Source of the DNA: Octopus sinensis
Taxonomy: Eukaryota
Direction of reading: 5' to 3'
NCBI RefSeq assembly: GCF_006345805.1
Contig: NW_021836038.1
Coordinates: 1 to 26,134, forward strand
DNA length: 26,134 nt
Both the position numbers and the translations under genes were made by a program. Below, piece by piece: positions 1 through 9,680 of the stretch. Position 1 is the first letter of the stretch, and the number at the start of each line of letters is the position of its first letter. Under the pieces are notes generated by a model. It was not told the DNA's origin. It saw nothing but the letters and a program-made list of their open reading frames with translations, and searched no databases.

Positions 1-1099
1 GATTTTCAGAGGTTAATGCTCCTGAGCATCTGCCACATACAAAACCATGTTCCTAGTTAGCCTTCCTATGACATTGCTGCACTTCTTATGTGTCCATAGC
101 TTACACTTGGTGCATCTTATAGAGTTTCTACCTACATCTTTTCTACAGATCGAGCAGGGCCATCTACCTGAAGGCGTTTGTGATTTGTCTACCTTCCTAC
201 TTATTAGTACTTTGGTTTTAGCTAGGTTGACTCTAAGGCCCTTCGATTCTAAACCTTGCTTCCACACCTGAAACTTCTTCTCCAGTTCTGATAGTGACTC
301 AGCAATTAGAGCAAGGTCATCAGCATAGAGGAGCTCCCAGGGGCATCCTGTCTTGAATTCCTCTGTTATTGCCTGGAGGACTATGATAAATAGGAGGGGA
401 CTGAGCCTTGGTGGACCCCTACCTCTACCCGGAATTCTTCACTGTACTCGTTGCCAACCCTCAGCTTACTAGCAGCGTCCCTGTACATGGCTTGCACTGC
501 TCTCACTAACCATTCATCTATTCCTAGTTTCCTCATTGACCACCAGATGAGGGATCGGGGGACCCTGTCGAAGGCTTTCTCCATGTCAACAAAAGCCAGG
601 TACAGGGGCTTATCTTTGGCTAGGTATTTCTCCTGCAGCTGCCTTACCAGGAATATAGCATCAGTGGTACTTTTCCCTGGCACGAAACCAAACTGCATCT
701 CATCTAAACTAACTCTCTCTCTAATTAGTTGGCTTATGACCCTCTCTGTAACCTTCATCACCTGATCCAACAGCTTGATACCTCTGTAATTATTTGTATC
801 TAGGGCATCACCTTTACTTTGTAGCAGTTGACTATTATGCTGCTACACCAGTCATTGGTATGACTCCTTCATGTATCACCTGATTAACTATACAGGTGAC
901 TAGGCTATGGCCGACACTACCAGATATTTTGAGCATCTCTGCAGTGATACCTGATGGGCCTGGGGCTTTCCCTGTCTTCATGCTTCTAATTGCCTTAGCT
1001 ACCAAGGAACTATCAACCCTGATAGCTGGTCCCTCTGTTGGGTCAACGTTCGGCAGACTCTCTTTATCCCATTCATTTTCTTTATTCGGCAACCTTTCA
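1..1099 (-). mobile_element. RTE-clade LINE fragment (RT domain plus PHD-like zinc finger), frameshifted, runs off the left edge
   Basis: Joined minus frames read ...KAIRSMKTGKAPGPSGITAEMLK...QFGFVPGKSTTDAIF...FVDMEKAFDRV...GVHQGS / VLSPLLF...LLYADDL...GLRVNLAKTK...WPCSICR...CTKCKLWTHKKCS, typical non-LTR RT motifs of RTE type. Several frameshifts. Confidence 0.93.
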
Positions 1100-1200
1100 C
1101 ACACATATATATATATATATATACACACATACACACATATATATATATATATATACACACACATATATATATATACACACACATATATATATATATATAT
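1100..1200. repeat. (CA/TA)n compound microsatellite
   Basis: Seen directly; separates the RTE fragment from the Penelope-like element. Confidence 0.97.
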
Positions 1201-2378
1201 GTTCGCGGGCGAGTTCTACCAACAGTTCTCGGGAGTGGCCATGGGAATGCGAATGGGCCCCAACTATGCGAACCTGTTCATTGGCTATGTTGAGGCCCAA
1301 ATATTCTCTAGTTTCACTGGTCCCACTCCCGAACTATACAGTCTTTACATTGACGACATTATCGGTGCCACCTCACTCTCCCGTGAACATCTAGATTCCT
1401 TCCTCTCTTTCATTCAATCCTTCCATCCTGCCCTCCACTTCACCTCCACTATCTCCAACACCTCTGTCTCCTTCCTCGACATTTCGGTCAGCATTCATCA
1501 CTCAACTCTTACCACCTCCATTCACTACAAACACACAGACTCACACTCATACCTAAATTTCTCTTCCTCCCACCCCAAACATACCAAGCTTTCCATCCCC
1601 TATTCCTCCGTCTACGTAGGCTCTGTAGTGACGACCATGACTTTGAGACTCAGTCTCAACTCATGGCTTGCCACTTCATCCTACGTGGATACCCCCTCAC
1701 CACTATCCACACCGGCCTTGCCAGAGCACGTTCTGTAGACCATGCATCTGCTCTCTCCCCCCGAACCCACCCTATAGTCTCCCACCTCCATTTTCCCCTC
1801 ACTTACCACCCCACGACCCTACCTCTCCAATGCACCATTCTTTGAGCTTTCCGGCATCTCCAGTCCGACCCGTCCCCTTCACACCTCTTCCCTAACAGAC
1901 CCCTCCCCTCCTTCAAAACGAGCCCATAACCTACGAGACCTCTTGGTCCACAGCTCCTTCCCTAAACCTACCTCCCAACCTGGCTTGTTCCCCTGCTCCC
2001 GCCCATGTTACTGCACTTGCCCTTACCTCTCCAACACCACCCTCCTCACTGGCACACATCATCGACCCTATTGCATCATCAACTCCTTCACCTGCACCTC
2101 CAGCAATATCATCTATTGCATCTCCTGCTCTCTCTGCCATTCCCTGTACATCGGACAAACGGGACGCCGCTTGGCTGACCGGTTCGTGGAACACCTCCGT
2201 GACATCTGCCTTGCCAATGACACACCGGTCTCATGCCATTTCCGCTCCACCGGTCATGCCTTGCAGCACCTGTCTGTGTTCGGATTGTCCTTGCACAGAG
2301 GCCATCCGGATTCCCGTTTGCGCTGTGAGCAGCGATTGATCTTCTCTCTTCGCTCTTTTGCACCGTTTGGTCACAACT
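1201..2378 (+). pseudogene. Disrupted Penelope RT/GIY-YIG coding region
   Basis: Frameshift near 1608 (IPYS jumps frame to LRLRR, consistent with a short deletion), in-frame TGA at 1843-1845 at a probable CGA codon, and a +1 A near 1917 (TTC AAA A CGA GCC). Confidence 0.85.
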
Positions 2379-2379
2379 C

Positions 2380-2720
2380 TCCCCCCTTCTCATCTAACCT
2401 CCCCCCGACTCCTACTTCTCTTCAGTCCTTCATCTTTTCACCCCTACTCTCTTTCCCTCCTCTTCTTTCCTCTTTCTTCTTCCCTCTTCCCCTTCTCTAT
2501 TTCTCTCTGCTCCCTTCCTCCCCTCCCTCTCCCCTCCTTTCACATCCCCCTCCTCTTCTCCTCTCCTTCCTCCCCCTTTCCTCTCCTCTCTTTCCTTTCC
2601 CTCCTCCCCCTCAACCTCTCATCTCATCTCCTCTCTCCCTCCCTCATCTCTCTTCCCTCCTCTCCACCTCTCTCTTCTCTCCTCCTTTCACTCTCCCCAC
2701 AACCCCCACTCTACCCCAAT
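2380..2720 (+). repeat. Homopyrimidine (C/T) low-complexity tract
   Basis: About 340 nt almost free of purines on the plus strand, followed by (CACTA)n-like repeats near 2765-2825. Confidence 0.95.
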
Positions 2721-2971
2721 CCCCAGCTGAACCCACACCCCACATGGGCTTTCTCCACAACATCACATCACACTACACTACACTACACCATACGACACTA
2801 CACTACACCATACGACATTACACATCACATCATACATACATACACACGTCCAGACCTTTCATATGCACATACATACTCTCTCATACACACACGCACCCTT
2901 ATGTTGGGTCGAGGTCATTTGACCCTGTTATCTCCCCTACTATCCCTCTTGCGCCTAACGTCTGATCTCTG

Positions 2972-3000
2972 ACTTCTGGCTGAAATCAGACCGCCATGTT
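2972..3000 (+). promoter_or_regulatory. Possible ETS-like plus YY1-like core promoter motifs in the Penelope terminal segment
   Basis: ACTTCTGG at 2972-2979 is one C>T from the ETS motif ACTTCCGG; CCGCCATGTT at 2991-3000 matches YY1 CGCCATNTT. Motif match only. Confidence 0.3.
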
Positions 3001-3052
3001 GAATCGTTAGCTCCAGCACGCATTTTTTTCTCTCCTTGTTTCTTTTTGTGTA

Positions 3053-3090
3053 TCTTTCTGTTGAAGAGTGTAGGCTTAAAACGTAAAAGA
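3053..3090 (+). ncRNA. Degenerate minimal type I hammerhead ribozyme
   Basis: TCTTT-CTGTTGA-A-GAGT(GTAG)GCTT-AAAAC-GTA-AAAGA. Stem I TCTTT/AAAGA, core CUGAUGA with A>U, stem II, GAAAC with G>A, GUA cleavage triplet. Same layout as known Penelope hammerheads; this copy is probably inactive. Confidence 0.55.
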
Positions 3091-3186
3091 CTTGTTTTAT
3101 TTCTATTCCTGAGTGCCATACTAATACAATTGTTTGTTTGTACTCCACCTACCTTCGTCTTTTGTTTATTTTCGTAAAGCTTCCCG

Positions 3187-3311
3187 TTATACATGTATAT
3201 ATATATATATATATATAACACATATATATACATATATATATACATATATATATACACATATATATATATATACACACATACACACATATATATATATACA
3301 CACATACACAC

Positions 3312-3360
<49 letters not shown>

Positions 3361-3547
3361 CACACATATATATATATACATATATATATACACATATATA
3401 TATACACATATATATATACACATATATATATATACATATATATATACGCATATATATATACATACATACATGTACTTACATACATATACATACATACATA
3501 CATATACATACATATACATACATACATATATATATACATACATGTAT
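3187..3547. repeat. (TA/CA/TACA)n compound microsatellite
   Basis: Seen directly. Confidence 0.97.
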
Positions 3548-4333
3548 AGCATGATCCGCTGGATGTGTAATGTCAGTGTGCACGCACGACAGAGTGTAAG
3601 CACCCTGAGAGAAATGCTGGACATAAGAAGCATCAGATGTGGTGTGCAAGAGCGATGCTTGCGATGGTATGGTCATGTACTGCGGATGAATGAGGAGAGA
3701 TGTGTGAAGAAGTGCCACTCCCAAACAGTTGAAGGTATCAGGGGGAGAGGTAGACCCAGGAAGACATGGGATGAGGTAGTCAAGCATGACCTCAGAGCAT
3801 TGGGCCTTACTGAGGCAATGGCGAAGGACCGAGATCTCTGGAGATATGCTGTGACTGCAAAGACCCGGGCTGCTTCCTGCACCAGTTCTGCATAGCCCCC
3901 TGCCCATTTAAAGTACCCTGGATCCCGGAACGTCTCGCTGTGCTTGAGGAGACCTGTTGAGTCAAGTACATGAACATGAACATCGAAATAAATATAAATA
4001 TCAATGGAAATAGTAGTTGTGATACCTGTGCCGGTAGCACATAAAAAGCACCATCTGGACGTGGCCGTTGCCAGCGCCACCTCGACTGGCTTCTGTGCCG
4101 GTGGCACATAAAAAGCACCATCCGAACGTGGCTGATGCCAGCACCTGTGCAGGTGGCACGTAAAAAGCACCCACTACACTTGCGGAGTGGTTGGCGTTAG
4201 GAAGGGCATCCAGCTGTAGAAACTCTGCCAGATCAGACTGAAGCCTGGTGCAGCCCCTGGCTTCCCAGACCCCAGTCGAACCGTCCAACCCGTGCTAGCG
4301 CGGAAAACGGACGTTAAACGATGATGATGATGA
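3548..4333 (+). mobile_element. RTE LINE 3' fragment (ORF C-terminus, 3' UTR with three tandem units, (GAT)n tail)
   Basis: [10 protein letters not shown]...[10 protein letters not shown]...[16 protein letters not shown]. Units CTGTGC(C/A)GGT(A/G)GCAC(A/G)TAAAAAGCACC start near 4026, 4093 and 4145. Tail GATGATGATGAT at about 4320-4333. Confidence 0.92.
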
Positions 4334-4624
4334 TACATACATATATATATATACATACATATATACATACATATATATACACATACATACATATATACAT
4401 ACATATATATATACATACATATATACATACATATATATATATATATATACATACATATATACATACATATATATATACATATATATATATATACATACAT
4501 ACATATATATATACATACATATATATATACATACATATATACATACATACATATATACATACATATATATATACATATATATATATACATACATATATAC
4601 ATACATACATATATACATACATAT

Positions 4625-4656
<32 letters not shown>

Positions 4657-4794
4657 TTACATACATATATATATATATACACATACATATATATATATAT
4701 ATACATACATATACATACATACATATATATATACATACATACATATATATATACATACATACATACATATAATATACATACATACATACGTATA

Positions 4795-4830
<36 letters not shown>

Positions 4831-5129
4831 TATACATACATACATACATATATATATACATACATACATATATATATACATATATATATATATACATACA
4901 TATATACATACATATATACATACATATATATATACATATATATATATATACATACATATATATATATATATATACATACATACATATATATATATACATA
5001 CATACATATATATATATACATACATACATATATATATATACATACATACATATATATATATACATACATACATATATATATATACATACATATATATATA
5101 TACATACATATATATATACATACATATAT

Positions 5130-5200
5130 AAAGGCGGTGCTCCAGCATGGCCACAGTCAAATGACTGAAACAAGTAAAAGAGCAAAAAAAGAGCAAAGAT
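5130..5200 (+). repeat. 71-nt retroposon 3'-tail-like cassette, copy 1
   Basis: AAAGGCGGTGCTCCAGCATGGCCACAGTCAAATGACTGAAACAAGTAAAAGAGCAAAAAAAGAGCAAAGAT, identical to 5547-5617. Resembles an octopus SINE 3' end (from recall). Confidence 0.75.
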
Positions 5201-5546
5201 ATATATATACATACATACATATATATACATACATACATATAATACATACATACATATATATATACACATACATATATATATATACATACATACATACACA
5301 TACATATATATATATAACATACATACATATATATATATATACATACATACATATATACATACATACATACTTACATATATATAATATATACATACATACA
5401 ATATATATATATACATACATACATATATATATATACATACATACATATATATATATACATACATACATATATATATATACATACATACATATATATATAT
5501 ACATACATATATATATATACATACATATATATATACATACATATAT

Positions 5547-5617
5547 AAAGGCGGTGCTCCAGCATGGCCACAGTCAAATGACTGAAACAAGTAAAAGAGC
5601 AAAAAAAGAGCAAAGAT
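5547..5617 (+). repeat. 71-nt retroposon 3'-tail-like cassette, copy 2
   Basis: Identical to 5130-5200 at an offset of 417 nt. Confidence 0.75.
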
Positions 5618-6185
5618 ATATATATACATACATACATATATATACATACATACATATATATACATACATACATATATATATACACATACATATATATATA
5701 TACATACATACATACACATACATATATATATATACATACATACATATATATATATATACATACATACATATATACATACATACATACTTACATATATATA
5801 TATATATAATAGAAATTATAATCAACACAATTTTATATCATTTATTTCCTGCTTACATTTCACCCATTGTGGTTGTTTGGATCTCTGTATTGGATGTTCC
5901 AGGCACAATTGGATGCTTAACCCCAATGGATCATCAAGGGAACGCTTTATTGCATTAGGTTAAAGAGTTTATACTAAACCACATGCACCCAAATCTTTTA
6001 TATCTGACTTGTCTTATTTAAAAATCTTCAAATTTACATCAAAATGTGAACGGAATGTTTGAATTTAAGAAGAGCTATTTTTCAAAATTAATTGAAACAC
6101 TTGGATTGTGTATGTTATTTGAAATAAAGCGACAAATTAGATTAATATTTACAGATATCAACTAAATATGGTAAGTAAACTCTAC

Positions 6186-6333
6186 CTGAAGTGAAGTCCT
6201 TTTCAGCCATTTCATACATTCCTAGAGACAGATAGAACGAACCTCGGTTGTAGAAAGTATGGGTGTAATAGGGACACAGCTGGATGGCGCGATCAAAGTC
6301 TTCAAAAGCACCTTCTTTATCATTCAGCATGAC
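6186..6333 (-). CDS. TTC6: TPR protein exon (TTC6-like), 148 nt, phase 0 to 1
   Basis: ttccag|VMLNDKEGAFEDFDRAIQLCPYYTHTFYNRGSFYLSLGMYEMAEKDFTS-G|gtagag. TPR pattern; resembles the recalled TTC6 C-terminal segment (EDF...CPF...FNRAHFY...YELAEED). The exon is more certain than the symbol (about 0.7). Confidence 0.92.
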
Positions 6334-6699
6334 CTGGAAATAATTTTAGAGATAAAATTGAAGAATTACTCTCTTAATATCTGAAAAGACAAAATAATCA
6401 TTTTCCTGCTGGAATGGCTAAGACATGTCACAATCTGAGTCAGTTCTTGGGAGTTATTGTCCTCTCTCTCCCCTTCTAAGGAGATTGAGAATCAAGACTG
6501 TGTAGATCCTCTTGTTGGCATGATTCCTCTGCCTGGAAGCCCATCCTAACACCAGCACTATAAAGATTGCTTTGTTCCTTACAAGATTAAACAATCATCT
6601 CTATATTGTCTTTGTATTTCCAAAACAAATAGGATCAAAACAGTGAGTGATGCCTAAGGATAACAGGGGACAGTGTGAGTGACATGTTGGCTGTTGGCA

Positions 6700-6870
6700 A
6701 GAGAAATGAATAAAGAACACTAAGCAGCCGATACATGACACTTGTTTATCCTCCAGACACATCTCATACTTAGAGAAGCAGATTCTTCTCTCTTGCACAC
6801 AACATCTGCTCCTTCTTGTATCTAACTTGCTCTCAGCTCAGTTGTACTTTGTCATTTATGCACATTACAC
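6700..6870 (-). mobile_element. Highly decayed RTE C-terminal remnant
   Basis: Minus strand ...AGATGTTGTGTGCAAGAGAGAAGAATCTG... resembles the [10 protein letters not shown] segment of the other RTE copies. Confidence 0.4.
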
Positions 6871-7689
6871 AACCCAATGGGGCAGGTTTGATATATTTCC
6901 TTCTTACTTTCTGGTTATCATAAATCTTCCTTATTCAGTGCCCAAGTCTTCCAATTAAAGCAGTGCTGCATTTCAAACTTGAGTATCATACAAATCTGCC
7001 CTTTATAGTCTGAGAGAGAAACATCTTTATTACCAGTAGAGGTAATAACTCCATGAACTTTATCATTCTGTTTCTACCTTCACTCAATAATTAATTGCCC
7101 AAGGTAATAAAAACAGCCAGTTATTTCTAGCAAGCATTTTCAGTGACTGAAGAAACATACTCTATGAGAATTCTTCTTGCTAACGGTTCCTTTGTCTCTA
7201 CGACACAATAATGAGGGCGAATATAGTAGAAATTAGGAAACATCAACAACTTGGATAACAAATTTTTCTTCAATAAACATTTTGCTTATTTAAAATTTTA
7301 ATCTCTAGCTTTAAATATTGTTTAAACACCAATTATTAACAATAAAATAAATGAGGCGCCAGTAAATTCTTAATTAGGGTGTTTAATATTTTAGATGATG
7401 AAGTTTGTGGTGTACAGCAGTGCTCATTGGATGCCTGTTATATTGGATGGAACAGTTTTGATCATCTGATCCAGGGCCAAGCAACAGTAACAAAGGGTTT
7501 AATCATTGGTTTATGCTACTATTTCATTAACAATATCACACAACAAATATAGCTATTATTATTATCTAAAACTTGGTCCTTAGATGTTGAAAACATTTAA
7601 GAAAAGTCCCTGGTCTGAAGATAACTTCCTTCTTGCTTCCCTCAACTTATGAAGGCCCTGTGAAAAGAGACATCACTGTTGTCCTTTAT

Positions 7690-7908
7690 GGAGAGTCTTG
7701 GAAAAATTGTTAGAGTGTCAGAGAAAATGTTTAGCAGTATTTGTTCCACTTTTTGTATCCTTGGTTCAAATCCTGCCAGCATCAACAATGTTTTTCATTT
7801 CACCAAGGTTGATAAACAAAATAATCAGTCAAGTATTGACTTGCCTCTCCCCTCAAAACTGCCGGTCTTGTCCCTAAATTAGAAATTATTATTATTATTA
7901 CTACTACT
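7690..7908 (+). mobile_element. Decayed tRNA-derived SINE with (ATT)n/(ACT)n tail
   Basis: B-box-like GGTTCAAATCC near 7762; body and 3' end (TTGCCTCTCCCCTCAAAACTGCCGGTCTTGTCCCTAAATTAGAA) parallel the copy at 23905-24135. Confidence 0.65.
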
Positions 7909-7911
7909 CAC

Positions 7912-7989
7912 TTTAGTGATTGCACGGTTTATATATGCACATTCATTCTGTTTGTCAAGCATAATAGCTCTGTTAAGATATGCCAAAGC
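7912..7989 (-). CDS. TTC6: TPR protein exon (TTC6-like), 78 nt, phase 0 to 0
   Basis: tttttattgcag|ALAYLNRAIMLDKQNECAYINRAITK|gtgagt. Strong splice sites; joins in frame to the 6333 exon (AITK-VMLN). Confidence 0.92.
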
Positions 7990-8574
7990 CTGCAATAAAA
8001 ATATCACAGAATTTATCAGTAACAACACTGCAACAAACTTTTAGAAGGACAATTAAAAGGTGAAAGATCCATTAAGATTCTAAAATGCACTAAATTAAGG
8101 ATTTCAGGGAAATACATCACTAAGAGGTTGACTTTGTAGTCATGTGAGTCTCAGTTCAATTCTACTTTGCAGCACTTTTAGAAAGTGATTACAATAGATG
8201 TAGTCCCCACAACATGTCTAGGAGTGCAGTGATAATACCAAAACTATTCAAATATGATGCTTTAACCAACCTAAGAGAGCATGGAAGGGACACAGAAAAT
8301 CACTCTGCTGATGATGGGGATTAACTGCTCTTCCATCATCGAATCAGTGTAAATGGTTGAATATTCCACTGACACTTGTCCATTTAATGTAGTCATCAAA
8401 AGATTCAGTGAGACCCAGTGCATGACAAAGCTGTCCCCATTTGATAGTTTTCCACAACAGGTTCCACTTCTGCAGTTCCACGCAGAAGTGTTGGGTTGAC
8501 CTGAGCAAAGACTCCAGTACTGGGATTGAATCCAGAATCTCATGACTGCAAAGTGAATGCCTGAAGTCACACTT

Positions 8575-9395
8575 GTACCAAATATGTATTAAAAAGTTGC
8601 ACAATGAGAGCTAGCAGTGACAGTGCTGTGTTTACTTTGCAAGTTGTGAAATTTGTGTTTTTGTGATCATGTGTCTGCTGTAGTCTGTGATTTTTGTCAT
8701 GGACAGGAATTTGGAACAAAGAGCCAATGTGAAATTTTGTGTTAAACTTGGGAAGTCTGCTACACAGACATTGAGCATGTTTTGGCAAGCTTACAGCAAC
8801 GAGGCAATGGGTCTTTTGCTATGTTTCAAGAGGCATGGGTGCTTGAAAACAGAAGAACATCTCTGGAAGACGATGAGCAATGTGGAAGACCTGCCATGTG
8901 TGGCACCCTTGGAAATGTGGAGAAAATTCATCAGTTTGTGCCTGAGGATTGTCAAAGAGCAATCAGTGGTGTTTTGAAGTTTTTGAGGGAAGACATTTGA
9001 TGAAAGTGATTGGATCTGTGGATCATGGACTGGATGACGATGCACCCTGTCACTGGGCTCTCCTCACCTGTGAATTTCTTGCCACAAACAATATGCTATT
9101 GTTTCTACACCTGCCCAATTTGCCAGATTTAACACCTGCAGACTTCCATCTCTTTCCCAAGATGAAACTGCAGCTCAAAGGTTGCTGTTTTAACACTGTT
9201 GCTGTGCTCAAGAGTCCTTGACTTGCTTATGGAAAATGATTTCCAGGCCAGATTCCAAAAGTGGCAGCTATGCTGTGACAGGTGTATTGCTGCACAAAGC
9301 GACAATTTTGAAGAAGATGGCATTAAAACTTAGATAATAGCTTATTCTTTATTAAATAACTTACCAATATTTTTTATTAAATAACTTATCAATTA
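8575..9395 (+). mobile_element. Internally deleted, decayed mariner (Tc1/mariner) transposon
   Basis: 8699-8960 gives MDRNLEQRANVKFCVKLGKSATQT...SLEDDEQCGRP...NVEKI (N-terminal HTH region). It then jumps to DDAPCH...PDLTPADFHLFPKMK (HDNA and YSPDL-type motifs) and ENDFQARFQKW...DRCIAAQSDNFE up to 9333. The middle of the catalytic domain is missing and the TIR positions are approximate. Confidence 0.88.
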
Positions 9396-9599
9396 TGACA
9401 AGATGGTTATGATTGAAACAGCTTTGATTCTGGTTTTGCTCAACCACAAACATGACTGCCATCAATCATTCTATAAATACCAATAACCTTATATCATAAT
9501 TTATTCAAATCAGAAAATAATTCTTTAAACTCATTTTTAGAAACAAGACATTTTGGAATATTTAGATTGGGAGAATCTTCAGAGCAAAATTGGATGAAA

Positions 9600-9680
9600 T
9601 GGCTCGGATGTTTGGAGTTGAAATCCATTCAACATCAACTTTGCTTTTTATCCTTCCAGAGTCCACAAAATACCAGTGAT
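9600..9680 (+). mobile_element. Short decayed SINE remnant
   Basis: GGAGTTGAAATCC...CAACTTTGCTTTTTATCCTTCCAGAGTC...AAAATACCAG parallels the body of the 23905-24135 SINE. Confidence 0.45.

Larger units (their letters stand above)
1201..3190 (+). mobile_element. 5'-truncated Penelope-like retroelement (probably Neptune clade): RT, GIY-YIG, pyrimidine-rich 3' region and terminal segment with hammerhead motif
   Basis: RT motifs GEFYQQFSGVAMGMRMGPNYANLF, LYIDDI, SFLDI, HPKHTK and LRLRRLCS...F..RGYP; Cys linker FPCSRPCYCTCP; GIY-YIG NIIYCISCSLC...YIGQTGRRLADRFVEH. The right boundary is estimated from where unique sequence meets the microsatellite. Confidence 0.88.
4334..5809. repeat. About 1.5-kb (TACA/TATA)n microsatellite with two embedded 71-nt cassettes
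   Basis: Seen directly; it generates the spurious YIYIHT / MYVCI ORFs. Confidence 0.97.

Noticed and set aside
2907-2928. GGGTC...GACCC hairpin with an AGGTCA-tt-TGACCC nuclear-receptor-like site
   Set aside because: Short motif expected by chance; no independent support.
2358-2972. Pro/Ser/Leu-rich ORFs, including the tail of the 340-aa ORF 1943-2965
   Set aside because: They come from the C/T tract; only the part up to about 2378 is real GIY-YIG sequence.
4026-5617. Repeat-spacer patterns (RTE 3' UTR units, 71-nt cassettes) as CRISPR-like arrays
   Set aside because: Only 2-3 units, spacers are homologous or microsatellite, the context is eukaryotic and there are no cas genes.
5857-5942. 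Candidate last exon of the TPR gene (GTAAG donor at 5852-5856, open frame RSLDDPLG...)
   Set aside because: No TPR similarity, weak acceptor, and the open frame does not fit the phase-1 end of the 6186 exon.
3134-5958. Long ORFs (up to 545 aa) made of YIYIHT / MYVCI repeats, also at 835-1300 and 22916-23250
   Set aside because: They are translations of TA/CA microsatellites, which lack stop codons in several frames; not genes.
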